From an uncultured Desulfatitalea sp. (GTDB taxonomy: Bacteria > Desulfobacterota > Desulfobacteria > Desulfobacterales > Desulfosarcinaceae), in NCBI GenBank assembly GCA_963668675.2, contig CAXXMB010000001.1:1120001-1184000 (forward strand): a stretch of 64,000 nt of DNA, written 5' to 3'. Of the stretch, positions 46,912 to 57,640 are shown in pieces. A model generated the notes under the pieces. That model was given only the letters and a program-made list of their open reading frames with translations. It was not told where the DNA came from and did no database searches. The translations under genes were made by a program, and so were the position numbers. Every line of letters starts with the position of its first letter. Positions within the stretch are counted from its first letter, which is position 1.

Positions 46912-47544
46912 TCAGCTTTTGGGGGAGTAATGCTCGGTGCCCTCTTCCGATGCCTCTGCCCGATACTGGCCCGAATAGTTTCGAGAGTAAGCCAACAGCT
47001 CTGGGAAAAACGAAAGGAAGTCCGTTTCGAGTTGCCGGTAATTGGATTCGATCTCCACAATTCCGCCCACAAACCGCTCACCCCTGCTGAGTCTGCCGGC
47101 GATACGGTCAAGGACGATGGAGAGATTTCGAAGATGCCTGTATCCTCCGAGCCAATCATATGCAACCATTCTGGTCAGCACGGGTTGGATACCCGCAACT
47201 TCCCGCATTGGATCTCTTTTTAACTGGGCGTATACCCTTTGACAAAAATCGGCCAGTGGTTCGCTCGTGTAGCGGTTCCAGTGGCGCGCCAGAAAGTGAT
47301 CGTAACAGACGTCTACGATGATGCCCGCAAATCGGCGCCTCTGCCGGCTGATGCGGTTCCGGCTGACACGGGTCACCGCGTGGGTGTCTGAAAAGGTGTC
47401 GATCCTGCGGTGAAACAGAATTGCGTCCCTTATCTTCGGCTCAAAGGAGAGAAAGGCCCTTCCCTTTACGAAGTCACCCAACAGATGGCCGATCAGCGAG
47501 TCGTTATTCGTGTCTGCGATATAAAGGTGGGCGAGAAAATTCAT
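46912..47544 (-). CDS. acpH: acyl carrier protein phosphodiesterase
   Basis: MNFLAHL, GDFVKG, HRRIDTFSDTH, DVCYDHFLA. Confidence 0.9.
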   Translation of the reverse strand: MNFLAHLYIADTNNDSLIGHLLGDFVKGRAFLSFEPKIRDAILFHRRIDTFSDTHAVTRVSRNRISRQRRRFAGIIVDVCYDHFLARHWNRYTSEPLADFCQRVYAQLKRDPMREVAGIQPVLTRMVAYDWLGGYRHLRNLSIVLDRIAGRLSRGERFVGGIVEIESNYRQLETDFLSFFPELLAYSRNYSGQYRAEASEEGTEHYSPKS

Positions 47545-47747
47545 CTGCTTTCTGATTTACATATCCTTTGGGAAGTACGCTGGAAAGCGTAAAGCGTACC
47601 ATCCCTTTGCGCAACTCTTTTCCCTGCCGGTGGCCATATTCAATGAAATGCTGTGCATGGCCTTTTGCCCTAGAGGCAAGGATATGGTATGGCCGAACTA
47701 TCGTTACCGGAGGCAAAGCCGGTCAAACCGCCAGAAAGAGGTATATC

Positions 47748-48494
47748 ATGCAAACGTATAAAATCCACCCCATCGTTATGGGTACCAAGCAGTTCGATAA
47801 GACCATGATGACCTACCAGCATGATGCCGGGAAACCATACACCATACCCATCTACTGCTGGTATCTCGAAGGGAGCGACCGAAGAATTCTGGTCGACACC
47901 GGGGAGATGAATCCCATTCAATCGGACGATCGCCAGAAGGCTATTAACGGCCCCATCCACACCTTTGAGCAAGGCCTCTCCAAATGGGGGCTCAAGCCCG
48001 AAGATATCGATATCGTTATTCACACCCACCTGCACAACGACCACTGTGAGAACGACTATAAATGCACACATGCCAGGTTTTATATCCATGAGCTGGAGTT
48101 GCGCCAGATCCACAATCCACACCCCCTGGACTACCGCTACCTTGACGACTATATCTTGGAAATTGAGGAGAACGATCAGATAGAGACAATCACCGGCGAC
48201 ACAACCATCTGCCCGGGGATCGAGGTGCATCACACCCCGGCCCACACGCCAGGTGGCCTCTCGGTGATGGTGGAGACGTCCCTGGGAAGAGCGGTGATCA
48301 CTGGATGTTGCACCATTGATGAAAACTTCAACCCACCCAAGGAGGTCCGGGCTATGGAGATGGAGGTGATCCCACCGGGCACCCATGTAAACGTCTATCA
48401 GGCCTATGACATTCTTAATGATATCAAGTCAATGGCAGACATCCTGATCCCGTTGCATGAACCGCGTTTTGCCGCCGTGGATACCATCGGGTAG
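47748..48494 (+). CDS. metallo-beta-lactamase fold hydrolase (AHL lactonase-like)
   Basis: LVDTG, HTHLHNDH, TPAHTPG, IPLHEP; AGAGG RBS before ATG 47748. Confidence 0.85.
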   Translation: MQTYKIHPIVMGTKQFDKTMMTYQHDAGKPYTIPIYCWYLEGSDRRILVDTGEMNPIQSDDRQKAINGPIHTFEQGLSKWGLKPEDIDIVIHTHLHNDHCENDYKCTHARFYIHELELRQIHNPHPLDYRYLDDYILEIEENDQIETITGDTTICPGIEVHHTPAHTPGGLSVMVETSLGRAVITGCCTIDENFNPPKEVRAMEMEVIPPGTHVNVYQAYDILNDIKSMADILIPLHEPRFAAVDTIG

Positions 48495-48705
48495 TGGCGC
48501 CCGGGGCACATCGTGCGGCATTCGCGGGCAAGCGAGTCACATTACCATTTGGTAATCGACGCGTCATCTTCCCGTCATCTCGCACTGGTAGATGACCCTA
48601 CCAGGCGGAGCTGTATCGATATATCCGTCTAAACACCATACGCAATTGTGATGGATTCAAACGCCAAGGCCCTCGATCGGAAAGATCGTAAGAACTGAAA
48701 CATAG

Positions 48706-48741
48706 AAAAAGGCCTGAAGCACTATGTCTCTCCAGGCCTTT
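48706..48741 (-). terminator. intrinsic terminator of the tRNA
   Basis: AAAGGCCTG...CAGGCCTTT stem followed by a T-run on the minus strand. Confidence 0.7.
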
Positions 48742-48749
48742 GATTTTTT

Positions 48750-48836
48750 TGGTGCCGAAGGGGAGACTCGAACTCCCACCACCGTACGGTGACTAGACCC
48801 TGAACCTAGCGCGTCTACCAGTTCCGCCACTTCGGC
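48750..48836 (-). tRNA. tRNA-Leu(CAG)
   Basis: GCCGAAGTGGCGGAACTGGTAGACGCG-CTAGG TTCAGGG TCTAG, long variable arm, GTTCGAGTC, CTTCGGCACCA; 87 nt with encoded CCA. Confidence 0.97.
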
Positions 48837-48941
48837 CGGTTTGCACAAACGCAAGCGTTGAAGAAGGTTGCTTTCGTGCAGAGGATGCATTAAATATATG
48901 GATTCCTCTGGAGTGTCAAGATTTAAAATGGTGCAAACTGG

Positions 48942-49892
48942 ATGATCAAAATGAATATTGTTTCTCACTTGGAAGCCATCGAAAAGCCCTTCAACAATGC
49001 CGTTATCACCATCGGTAACTTTGATGGCGTTCATATCGGGCACCAGGCACTTTTTCACAGTGTGGTCGAGAAGGCTCACGATCTCAACGGTACGGCCGTG
49101 GCCATGACCTTCGATCCCCATCCCATGAAAGTACTCGCACCTGAGGGGCAGCCACCAAAAATTACCCTGGCCGAGCAGAAACGTGAGTTGATTGCCAAGA
49201 CGGGTATGGATGTTCTGATCTGCATCCCTTTCACCAAATCGTTTGCCGCCATCTCAGCCCGCAGTTTCATTGAGGACCTGATGATTAAAAAGATCGGTAT
49301 GCGAGCCATTGTCGTGGGAAATGACTACGCCTTTGGCCGAAACCGGGAAGGCAATATAGAAATGCTGCACCGATTGGCCGATGAACTTGACTTCGAGGTG
49401 ATCGTAGTGGACTGGATCCAGGGAGCCAACGGAAAAGCGCATCGCATCAGCAGTACCCATATTCGAGAACTGGTGATGGATGGCCAGATGGAAGAGGCCA
49501 AGCGCATGCTCGGCCGCTACTATCAAATCCGCGGCATTGTAGCCGGAGGACGCAACAGAGGCGGCAGGCTGTTGGGATTTCCAACGGCCAATCTAAACCT
49601 TCAGGATGAATTGTGCCCCAAGCAGGGGATCTATGCCGTCACCGTCGAGCACAATGGAACAACCTACCAAGGTGTGGCCAACATCGGATATAGCCCCACC
49701 TTTGATGACCACCTCTTCACCATAGAAGTCCATCTATTGGATTTTAATAAAGATATTTACAGTGATCGTATTCGTGTCAACTTTATCCGACGACTGCGGG
49801 ACGAAATAAAATTTGAGGGTATCGATGCCTTGTCCGCCCAGATCAAAAAAGATATAAGCCATGCCCGAACTATCCTGGCAGAGTTGCTATAG
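48942..49892 (+). CDS. ribF: bifunctional riboflavin kinase/FAD synthetase
   Basis: IGNFDGVHIGHQ, TFDPHP, ISST.IR, LGFPTAN, EVHLLDF. Confidence 0.95.
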   Translation: MIKMNIVSHLEAIEKPFNNAVITIGNFDGVHIGHQALFHSVVEKAHDLNGTAVAMTFDPHPMKVLAPEGQPPKITLAEQKRELIAKTGMDVLICIPFTKSFAAISARSFIEDLMIKKIGMRAIVVGNDYAFGRNREGNIEMLHRLADELDFEVIVVDWIQGANGKAHRISSTHIRELVMDGQMEEAKRMLGRYYQIRGIVAGGRNRGGRLLGFPTANLNLQDELCPKQGIYAVTVEHNGTTYQGVANIGYSPTFDDHLFTIEVHLLDFNKDIYSDRIRVNFIRRLRDEIKFEGIDALSAQIKKDISHARTILAELL

Positions 49893-49955
49893 AGGAAAGA
49901 GATGCCTGTCGGAAAGCCTGCCCGAACGACCATACCGATCAAGGAGCATTGATAA

Positions 49956-50471
49956 GTGAGCACGCTGGAGATTGTAACCTATCCTAACGATATCTTGAAA
50001 AACCCTGCCCACCCGGTGGAGCAGATCGATGGAAAACTGCAGGACCTTATCGCCCAGATGGCCGACACCATGTATCAAGCACCGGGAATCGGCTTGGCGG
50101 CAGTACAGGTGAATGTGGACCAGAGTTTGCTGGTTTACGATATTGCCCCCAGGGAAGAGCAACGAGATCTGCATGTCTTGGTCAACCCCAAGATTATCGA
50201 ATCTGAAGGAGAGATCATTTCCGAAGACGAAGGGTGCTTGAGCGTGCCCGAATTCAGAGCTGACGTGAAACGATCGCAACGTATTCTGGTGGAGGGCGTG
50301 GATCGGGAGGGAAAACCACAGCGATTTGAGGCCGAAGGGATGCTGGCCATCGTGCTGCAGCATGAGATCGACCACCTGAATGGTACTCTCTTCATCGATC
50401 GCATCAGCAAGCTGAAACGCCAGCTGTATACCCGCCGCGTAAAAAAGATGATCAAGCACCAAAATCAATGA
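49956..50471 (+). CDS. def: peptide deformylase
   Basis: [22 protein letters not shown]. Confidence 0.96.
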   Translation: MSTLEIVTYPNDILKNPAHPVEQIDGKLQDLIAQMADTMYQAPGIGLAAVQVNVDQSLLVYDIAPREEQRDLHVLVNPKIIESEGEIISEDEGCLSVPEFRADVKRSQRILVEGVDREGKPQRFEAEGMLAIVLQHEIDHLNGTLFIDRISKLKRQLYTRRVKKMIKHQNQ

Positions 50472-51412
50472 AAAAAGCCCCTGTCATCGTCTTCATGGGC
50501 ACACCCGATTTTGCGGTGCCTTGCCTTTCAGCGCTTCAAGAATCCGGTTTCCGGATCCCTTTGGTGGTCACACAGCCCGATCGTCCCAAAGGCCGCGGCC
50601 GTAGCCTGGCGCCACCGCCAGTGAAAAGAGCTGCATTGCGAATGGGGCTTACCATTTACCAATCGCAAAACGCGAGGGACGAGAGCACCGTTGCCAGGAT
50701 TGAGGCGTTGGCCCCCGATTTTATCGTGGTGGTCGCTTTCGGCCAGATCCTTCCCCGCCCCATTCTTGAGATCCCACGCCGCGGCGCCGTAAATGTGCAC
50801 GCCTCCCTGCTGCCTAAATACAGGGGACCTGCCCCTATTCAGTGGGCGCTGATTCGGGGCGAAAAGGAAACGGGTGTTACGACCATGCTGATGGATAGCG
50901 GTGTCGACACCGGAGATATCCTGCTGAAAGCGACGACCCCGATAGACCCCATGGATACGGCCGATACGCTTCACACCCGGTTGTCTCATATGGGGGCTGA
51001 ACTGCTGGTGGAAACGGTGCTCGGGCTGTGGGACGGCACGCTTTTCCCCCATGCCCAGCGTCCTAACGAAGCCACCTATGCACCCTTGTTGAAAAAGGAG
51101 GATGGCCGCATCAACTGGAAGCAAAACGCAGAGGAGATTGACGCTTTCATCCGTGCGATGACTCCGTGGCCCGGGGCGTACTGCTTTGTGGACGACCGGC
51201 GCCTGAAAATCATCAATGCCCGTCCCCTGGCCGGCGCCGTGCACCAGCAGCGACCTGGAACCGTTCTCGACACCTTCCCGGATGAGCTGCGCATCGCCTG
51301 CAGTGGCGGCGCCCTCCTCGTTACCAAAGTCCAGGGTGCTTCCGGCAAGCGAATGGAGACCTGTGACTTTCTGCGCGGCAACCCCATCGTGCCCGGCACC
51401 CTGATCAACTGA
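50468..51412 (+). CDS. fmt: methionyl-tRNA formyltransferase
   Basis: [26 protein letters not shown]. Confidence 0.96.
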   Translation: MKKAPVIVFMGTPDFAVPCLSALQESGFRIPLVVTQPDRPKGRGRSLAPPPVKRAALRMGLTIYQSQNARDESTVARIEALAPDFIVVVAFGQILPRPILEIPRRGAVNVHASLLPKYRGPAPIQWALIRGEKETGVTTMLMDSGVDTGDILLKATTPIDPMDTADTLHTRLSHMGAELLVETVLGLWDGTLFPHAQRPNEATYAPLLKKEDGRINWKQNAEEIDAFIRAMTPWPGAYCFVDDRRLKIINARPLAGAVHQQRPGTVLDTFPDELRIACSGGALLVTKVQGASGKRMETCDFLRGNPIVPGTLIN

Positions 51413-51441
51413 ATCAGAGTCGCCACCAACGGATCCGAACT

Positions 51442-52794
51442 ATGAGAAATGCCCGCCAAGTCGCTCTCGATATCCTCAGCCAGCTGCACCGGAAAGGCAA
51501 GACCATAGATCATTGGATAGAGCGGGCCGATCCGCAGATACGAAGGCTGCAACGGGCAGACCGAGCCTTTGCCCATGCCCTGGTTTACGGGACATTGCGC
51601 TGGCAAGGACGCCTCGATTTCATGATCAACCAACTGGCCCGCAACCCCTCCAAGATCGATCCCCTTGTTCGTGTCATTTTAAGAATGGCACTGTTTCAGA
51701 TGAACCACATGGAACGGGTTCCCCACTCGGCTGCAGTGCATACGGCTGTAGATTTGGCCAAACAAAACGGACACAAATGGGCTGCAGGCTTCGTCAACGG
51801 TGTGTTGCGTCGGGCGGCCGCTGCACCAGACGATATCGTTTGGCCTAGCTCGAGCCAGGGGATCGATCTGGCCTTGGCGATCGAGCACTCCTTTCCGGTC
51901 TGGCTGACGCGTCGCTGGATCGAGCGCTTTGGCTTGGACGGGGCGTGTCGCCTCTGTGAAGCGATCAATACGATTCCGTCGATCACCGTTCGCACCAATA
52001 CACTTAAAACGGACCGCGTCACTCTCATAAAAAAAATCGAAAAGGAAACCGGAGCGGCCCTGGAAACGCAATATACCCCCGAAGGGATCCAATTGGGATC
52101 CCTGGCCCGACCCATGACACAATGGGCAGCATACAGAGATGGCTGGTTTCAGGTACAAAACGAGGCGGCTCAGCTTGTATCCCACGTTGTCGCCCCAAAA
52201 CCGGGTGAGTCGGTGTGGGATGCCTGCGCCGGCCTGGGTACAAAGTCAGCCCACCTGGCCCAGATAATGGAGGACCAGGGGACGATTGTGGCAACCGACC
52301 TGCAACCATCTAAGCTGGAGCGATTGGCAAAGGAGATGGTTCGCCTCGGCATCACTTCCGTGACGCCACGCGCCATGGACCTGACCAATGCCCGGATCGA
52401 TGATAGGCTGACCCCTTTCGACAAAATCCTTGTGGACGCACCCTGTTCCGGACTCGGCGTATTACAAAAGAACCCGGACGGCAAGTGGCGCGTCACCGAG
52501 GATGAGATCTTCCGCGCGGCAGCCCGTCAGGCCGCCATTCTAAATCGTGTCGCTCTCCATCTGCGTGTCGGAGGTGCCCTGACCTATGCTGTCTGCAGTT
52601 TCGAACCCGAAGAGAACGAGGGCGTCGTAGAGGGATTTTTGCAAAAACATCCCGGATTTGCTATAGATATCCCTCAAATGGCTGCCACGTCCCAGGCAAA
52701 CCGGCTAATCACTTCGGAAGGGTTTCTGAGAACCTTTCCACACAACAACAGCATGGACGGCTTCTTTGCAGCTCGCTTCGTCAGGAAATCCTGA
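51442..52794 (+). CDS. rsmB: 16S rRNA m5C967 methyltransferase
   Basis: NusB-like N-terminus, DACAGLGTK, DAPCSG, CSFEPEEN, DGFF. Confidence 0.92.
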   Translation: MRNARQVALDILSQLHRKGKTIDHWIERADPQIRRLQRADRAFAHALVYGTLRWQGRLDFMINQLARNPSKIDPLVRVILRMALFQMNHMERVPHSAAVHTAVDLAKQNGHKWAAGFVNGVLRRAAAAPDDIVWPSSSQGIDLALAIEHSFPVWLTRRWIERFGLDGACRLCEAINTIPSITVRTNTLKTDRVTLIKKIEKETGAALETQYTPEGIQLGSLARPMTQWAAYRDGWFQVQNEAAQLVSHVVAPKPGESVWDACAGLGTKSAHLAQIMEDQGTIVATDLQPSKLERLAKEMVRLGITSVTPRAMDLTNARIDDRLTPFDKILVDAPCSGLGVLQKNPDGKWRVTEDEIFRAAARQAAILNRVALHLRVGGALTYAVCSFEPEENEGVVEGFLQKHPGFAIDIPQMAATSQANRLITSEGFLRTFPHNNSMDGFFAARFVRKS

Positions 52795-52984
52795 CCAAAT
52801 AGGTGAAGAGCCGTGTTGGAGGACCGATTGCATATCCTCCCGAAATAGCCTAAACCCTTTATAGGTTGTCACCGGATGGGGTAACAGCACCGGCGACTGA
52901 ATCACCGATAGTGCCCTCTGGTTCTTGATAACATAGAAGGCTTGATCCACAATCGATCGGTCGATCTTAACGGGATAGTCACTT

Positions 52985-54220
52985 ATGCCAGTATACGATT
53001 ACACAGCCCTGGAAGGTAAAGGCAGAGGCAAAACCATTACCGGTATCATCGATGCCGACAGCGCTGCACTCGCTCGCCAGAAGATAAGAGCCGCGGGCAA
53101 CTTCCCGGTGGAACTTCGCGAGGTCAAAAATGGCGTGTCTGAGCGGACCGAACGGCAAAGAGGGACCCTGTCGAGCCTCTTCACCCGCATCCGCCCCGCT
53201 GAAGTCTCGATCATGACGAGGCAGCTCGCCACCCTCATCGGTGCCGGATTCCCACTGGTATCGGCCCTGGACTCTCTGATCGCACAGATCAACAGCCCCG
53301 CCTTCAAAAAGATTGTGGCCAGCCTGAAAGAGGATGTGGTGGAGGGCACCCCCTTTTCAAAAGCGCTGGGGAAATACCCCAATATCTTCTCATCGATATA
53401 TGTCAACATGGTCGATTCGGGGGAGTCGTCCGGCACCCTTGAAATCGTTTTGCAGCGTCTGGCCGACATCATGGAGAAGCAGGAGGCGTTGAAAAATAGA
53501 ATGGTCACAGCGATGATCTACCCTCTGCTCATCATGATGATCAGCGCCCTGATCGTCTCGTTCATGCTGATCTACGTCACCCCTAAAATCATGTCGATGT
53601 TCGAAAGCCTTAAACAGGAGCTGCCCCTGCCGACCCAGATTCTCGTCGGCACCAGTGACCTTTTTCAGGCGTACTGGTGGGCCCTGGTCCTGCTGATTAT
53701 CACCGCCCTGCTGGGACTGCGGGCCATGAGTAAAAATGAGAAGGGGCGTTTCTGGCTCGATACCCACATGCTCACCCTGCCGCTCTTCGGCTCACTGATT
53801 CGCAGAATGGCGGCCGCTCGTTTCGCACGCACCCTGGGATCCCTCCTGGAAAACGGTATCTCCATGCTGCCTGCATTGAGCATTGTGGAGAATGTCGTCG
53901 GCAACCTTCTCATCTCCCAGACGATTTCGGAGGCGTCCGAAGAGGTAGGGAAAGGGCAGGGGCTGGGCAAATCCCTTGATAAAAGCAAGGCTTTTCCGCC
54001 CATGGCGATCCAGATGATCCAGGTGGGAGAGCAGAGTGGCAACCTTGAGGAGATGCTCGACAAGGTCGCCGATGTCTTTGAGAAAGAGGTTGAAACTTCG
54101 GCCATGCGACTGACCGCCTTGGTGGAACCGGTGATGATCCTCGTGATGGCTTGCCTGGTCACCTTTATTGTACTGGCCATCTGCCTGCCCATATTTGAGA
54201 TGAACCAGATCATTCGTTAA
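52985..54220 (+). CDS. gspF: type II secretion inner-membrane platform protein F
   Basis: RQLATL, GESSGTL, MIQVGEQSGNL, LVEP. Confidence 0.93.
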   Translation: MPVYDYTALEGKGRGKTITGIIDADSAALARQKIRAAGNFPVELREVKNGVSERTERQRGTLSSLFTRIRPAEVSIMTRQLATLIGAGFPLVSALDSLIAQINSPAFKKIVASLKEDVVEGTPFSKALGKYPNIFSSIYVNMVDSGESSGTLEIVLQRLADIMEKQEALKNRMVTAMIYPLLIMMISALIVSFMLIYVTPKIMSMFESLKQELPLPTQILVGTSDLFQAYWWALVLLIITALLGLRAMSKNEKGRFWLDTHMLTLPLFGSLIRRMAAARFARTLGSLLENGISMLPALSIVENVVGNLLISQTISEASEEVGKGQGLGKSLDKSKAFPPMAIQMIQVGEQSGNLEEMLDKVADVFEKEVETSAMRLTALVEPVMILVMACLVTFIVLAICLPIFEMNQIIR

Positions 54221-54271
54221 CAGCGACTGAAAAGATAGGAAACCATACCAAACGGAGGATTCAAAGGCACA

Positions 54272-54724
54272 ATGGAAATGATCTCATGTAAAAAGAACAA
54301 TCAGGGTTTTTCACTCATCGAGCTGATGGTGGTCATTCTCATCCTCGGTTTGCTGATCGGCATCGTAGGCCCTCGGTTGATTGGAAGAACGGACGACGCC
54401 AAGGTGAGCACTGCCAAGATCCAGATAGAGGGATTGATTTCGGCCCTCAAAATGTACAAGCTGGACAATGGTACCTATCCGAGCACCGAGCAGGGGTTGG
54501 AAGCCCTGGTGGCCATGCCCCAGACCGGAAACATTCCCAAAAAGTGGCGCAAAGGAGGCTACCTGGAAAAGGGAAAAGTTCCCAAGGATCCCTGGGATAA
54601 CGACTATGTCTACCTGTTTCCCGGTGCGCACGACGATTTTGACATCGTCTCATACGGTGCGGACGGCGTGGCCGGCGGAGAGGAGTATGACAAGGATATC
54701 ACCAGCTGGGCCATGGATGAATAA
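54272..54724 (+). CDS. gspG: type II secretion major pseudopilin G
   Basis: G/FSLIE, YKLDNG.YP.TEQGL.AL, PKDPW, SYGADG. Confidence 0.95.
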   Translation: MEMISCKKNNQGFSLIELMVVILILGLLIGIVGPRLIGRTDDAKVSTAKIQIEGLISALKMYKLDNGTYPSTEQGLEALVAMPQTGNIPKKWRKGGYLEKGKVPKDPWDNDYVYLFPGAHDDFDIVSYGADGVAGGEEYDKDITSWAMDE

Positions 54725-55310
54725 TCTCCCTGCCCTGCCGCGCCGCGTGCGGCGTACCTCTGGTGGGCTGCCCGCCCCTCTGAGGAGCAATTCGCAGCGC
54801 TCTTTTGCATTGTGCCGGTATCGGTCATGCGGATTCACACTGATCGAATTGATGGTGGTGATGCTTCTGATCACCATCGTTTTGTCTGTGGCCATTCCGC
54901 GGCTGGACAGCAGCATTGCGCAGGACCCCCGAAAACGCCTCACCCGTTGGATGGTCAATACGGCCAAAGCGCTACGCACGATGGCAGTCGAAAAGCGGCA
55001 GGTTCAGGCCTTGGTAATCGATTTGGATGAGCATCGCATGTGGACCATCGACGCTCAGATGGACGAGGAGGCAGTGGCCGCTGCGGCTGAAAAGGGGTTC
55101 GCCCTTCCAAATTCAATCGTATTGGCGGATGTGGAATTCCCCGATAAGGATAGGATCTCCTCCGGTACGGCTACCATCCGGTTCTATCCCAGTGGCTACG
55201 CGGATCAGGCCCTGGTGCATGTCGAATATGATCAAACGATTCGCTTTTCGTATAAATTCGAACCATTACTGCCAAAAATAAAGCGCCTGGAAGAGTGGGT
55301 AAGCTATTGA
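54717..55310 (+). CDS. gspH: type II secretion minor pseudopilin H
   Basis: G/FTLIE, IRFYPSG; start set at the ATG overlapping the end of gspG (uncertain). Confidence 0.8.
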   Translation: MNNLPALPRRVRRTSGGLPAPLRSNSQRSFALCRYRSCGFTLIELMVVMLLITIVLSVAIPRLDSSIAQDPRKRLTRWMVNTAKALRTMAVEKRQVQALVIDLDEHRMWTIDAQMDEEAVAAAAEKGFALPNSIVLADVEFPDKDRISSGTATIRFYPSGYADQALVHVEYDQTIRFSYKFEPLLPKIKRLEEWVSY

Positions 55311-55708
55311 ATTACCGAAAAGCAAAGGTTCCAACCCAAAAGGCGGGTTTCTCCTTGATCGAGGTGTTGGTGGCACTGGCGATACTCACCATCGCATTGA
55401 CCAGCGTCTACCGCCTTCAGAGTATCACCTTTGGCATGAGTGCCGATGCCCGTTTTTACAACCTGGCGCCCAAACTGGCCCAGGAGCGGCTGGCCGCTCT
55501 CGAAGGCGAAGGGTTGAAAAACGCATCCGACGCATCCGGTGATTTTGGCCAATCCTATCCGGGATATGGATGGACCGTTCGCATAGAGGAGGTCGAGTCC
55601 GATCTGCTCAAGAGTGAAAATCAACACTTCACACGCATCGATATCACCATCAAGCAGGACGATGAGCGCAGCTATGACCTCAGGACCTATCGATTTAATA
55701 CGCAGTAG
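55295..55708 (+). CDS. gspI: type II secretion minor pseudopilin I
   Basis: G/FSLIEVLVALAIL; size and position. Confidence 0.82.
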   Translation: MGKLLNYRKAKVPTQKAGFSLIEVLVALAILTIALTSVYRLQSITFGMSADARFYNLAPKLAQERLAALEGEGLKNASDASGDFGQSYPGYGWTVRIEEVESDLLKSENQHFTRIDITIKQDDERSYDLRTYRFNTQ

Positions 55709-56396
55709 CCGCCCACTTCCCAGCGATGGCAGGGGCTTTACACTTATAGAGATCCTGGTGGCGATGTTCATCCTGACCATTGTGATGGGGCTGGTGTTCG
55801 GCTCCTTCAACGGCGTTTTTTCCAATGCCGACCGCCTGAACGAGAGCGGTGATCTGTTTGAAATGGCCGACGCCGGCATGAACCGGATCATCTCGGACCT
55901 CTCTGCCCTCCATGTGATGAAAGAACCGCGCTACAAACCGCCGGATATGGACGACGACCCCGATATCTTTCGCGTCGTTGGCAGCAACGAGACCATGGGC
56001 GGCTACACCTTCGCCAAGCTTCGTTTTACCTCCCTGGCCCATCTGGCACCCGGCGTAGACGGCAACAGCGGGATCGCTGAGATCGTCTACTATGTGCAGC
56101 CCAGCGAATCGGACGGCTACCAACTCTTTCGGGCCGACAACAGCTACCCTTACCCTGAGTTCGAACCCAAAGCGAGCGATCCGGTCATGTGCGAACAACT
56201 GCTATCCTTCAAATTGACCTACTTTGATAAAGAGGGGCGTGAATTCGAGGAGTGGGACTCGGAAGACGACGACTATGAGTACAGCACACCCAGGTCCATT
56301 CGTATCGAACTGAAACTGGGCAGTGAAGAGAATGCATATGAATTCCAGACCGCCATTCAGCTCCCGGTCTTCAGATCCATCTCAACGGAGAGATAG
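55674..56396 (+). CDS. gspJ: type II secretion minor pseudopilin J
   Basis: G/FTLIEILVA; position; start uncertain. Confidence 0.82.
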   Translation: MTSGPIDLIRSSRPLPSDGRGFTLIEILVAMFILTIVMGLVFGSFNGVFSNADRLNESGDLFEMADAGMNRIISDLSALHVMKEPRYKPPDMDDDPDIFRVVGSNETMGGYTFAKLRFTSLAHLAPGVDGNSGIAEIVYYVQPSESDGYQLFRADNSYPYPEFEPKASDPVMCEQLLSFKLTYFDKEGREFEEWDSEDDDYEYSTPRSIRIELKLGSEENAYEFQTAIQLPVFRSISTER

Positions 56397-56399
56397 GTT

Positions 56400-57494
56400 G
56401 TGAACCATCGTCTTGCCCTGAATAACCGTAGCGGCATGGCCGTCATCCTGGCCTTGACCACCATTTTGCTCGTGGTAACGGCAGCGCTGGAACTTCACAT
56501 GAATGCGCGCGACAACATGCTTCAATCAGCCGTGAAGAGAGATCGCATCACCTTGATGCAGATGGCGGCGTCGGGCATACACCTGGCCATGGCGGTATTG
56601 ATCAAAGATCGCATGGAGACCGAAAGCGATTCATTGCAAGAGGATTGGGCTGACGAGGAGACCATCGCCGGCCTGCTCGAAGAGATGCCTTTCGAGCAGG
56701 GAAAACTGGAGGTGAAAATCCTTGACGAAATGGGTAAAATCCAAATCAACGCCCTGGTCCAGTTTCCGGAAGGAATGCAGTTCAATGCCGCTCAGCGCGC
56801 CTTGTGGGAGCGCTTTGCCATCGGCCTGCTCACGGTGCTTGAGGGGACTGAGGGGGCCGAAGAGGCCGAAGAGACCGACCCGTTAACCATTATCAACTCG
56901 ATGAAAGATTGGCTCGACTCCGGTGACGATGACGCCACCACCGGCATCAGCGGTGCGGAATCGGACTACTACGAGAGCCTCGATCCACCCTACGCGTGCA
57001 AAAATGGCCCATTCGACCACTTGTCGGAAGTAGGCATGGTCAAAGGTGTCACCCCGTTTCTCTTTTCCGGTGTCGGCGGCAGCGAGGGGCTCGAGCAGTA
57101 TATCAGCGTATATGGTGCAGAAAAGTCGGGTGACGATAAGTTCACCTTTCCAGGAAAAATAAACATCAACACGGCCGACCTGCCGGTACTATCGGCCCTG
57201 CTGCCCATAGAGAGTGCGGAGTTCGCACCTCTGCTGATCGAATACAGGGAGGCAACCAGCGGATCCCTCTATGTCAACGACCTGACCCGCCCTGATTGGT
57301 ACCGCAGTGTGCCGGGCCTCTCCGACACAACGATAGAATCGGAACTGATCTCCGTCACCTCAAATATTTTCCGCATTGTCGCCACCGCCACCATCGACCA
57401 ATTGCAGGTGACATCCACTGCCGTGATCGAACGGACCAAGCCGTCCGAAACAGAGCCATGGCAATGTAAGGTCTTGAATTGGAAGACTGAATAG
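56400..57494 (+). CDS. gspK: type II secretion minor pseudopilin K
   Basis: G/MAVIL without E5, DEMGKIQIN, DWLD.DD, KININTA. Confidence 0.9.
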   Translation: MNHRLALNNRSGMAVILALTTILLVVTAALELHMNARDNMLQSAVKRDRITLMQMAASGIHLAMAVLIKDRMETESDSLQEDWADEETIAGLLEEMPFEQGKLEVKILDEMGKIQINALVQFPEGMQFNAAQRALWERFAIGLLTVLEGTEGAEEAEETDPLTIINSMKDWLDSGDDDATTGISGAESDYYESLDPPYACKNGPFDHLSEVGMVKGVTPFLFSGVGGSEGLEQYISVYGAEKSGDDKFTFPGKININTADLPVLSALLPIESAEFAPLLIEYREATSGSLYVNDLTRPDWYRSVPGLSDTTIESELISVTSNIFRIVATATIDQLQVTSTAVIERTKPSETEPWQCKVLNWKTE

Positions 57495-57640
57495 CTTATA
57501 ACTACCCATGATGCATGGATTTTGGAACGACTGTTCACAGCGAAACAGTGAACCGGTTAATCACGCAATCCTGACGAAACGGATCTGAAGCAAAGTTGCC
57601 ACATGGTGCCGCCAGACAAAGCAGGAATTGAAGAAGAGGC

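Noticed and set aside
47568..47747. N-terminal extension of the MBL hydrolase
   Set aside because: It spans the divergent promoter region; a good RBS precedes ATG 47748
48495..48836. tRNA-Leu as an integration site for an island
   Set aside because: Its terminator follows immediately; no integrase and no duplicated tRNA 3' end was seen
52795..52984. c-di-GMP-I/GEMM riboswitch upstream of gspF
   Set aside because: Two small hairpins and GCCTAAAC are present, but the conserved GGCAAA/GAAA/GACGCAAAG core is missing
54468..54716. N-terminal extension of gspH given by the ORF track
   Set aside because: It overlaps gspG in another frame; the prepilin motif lies much further downstream
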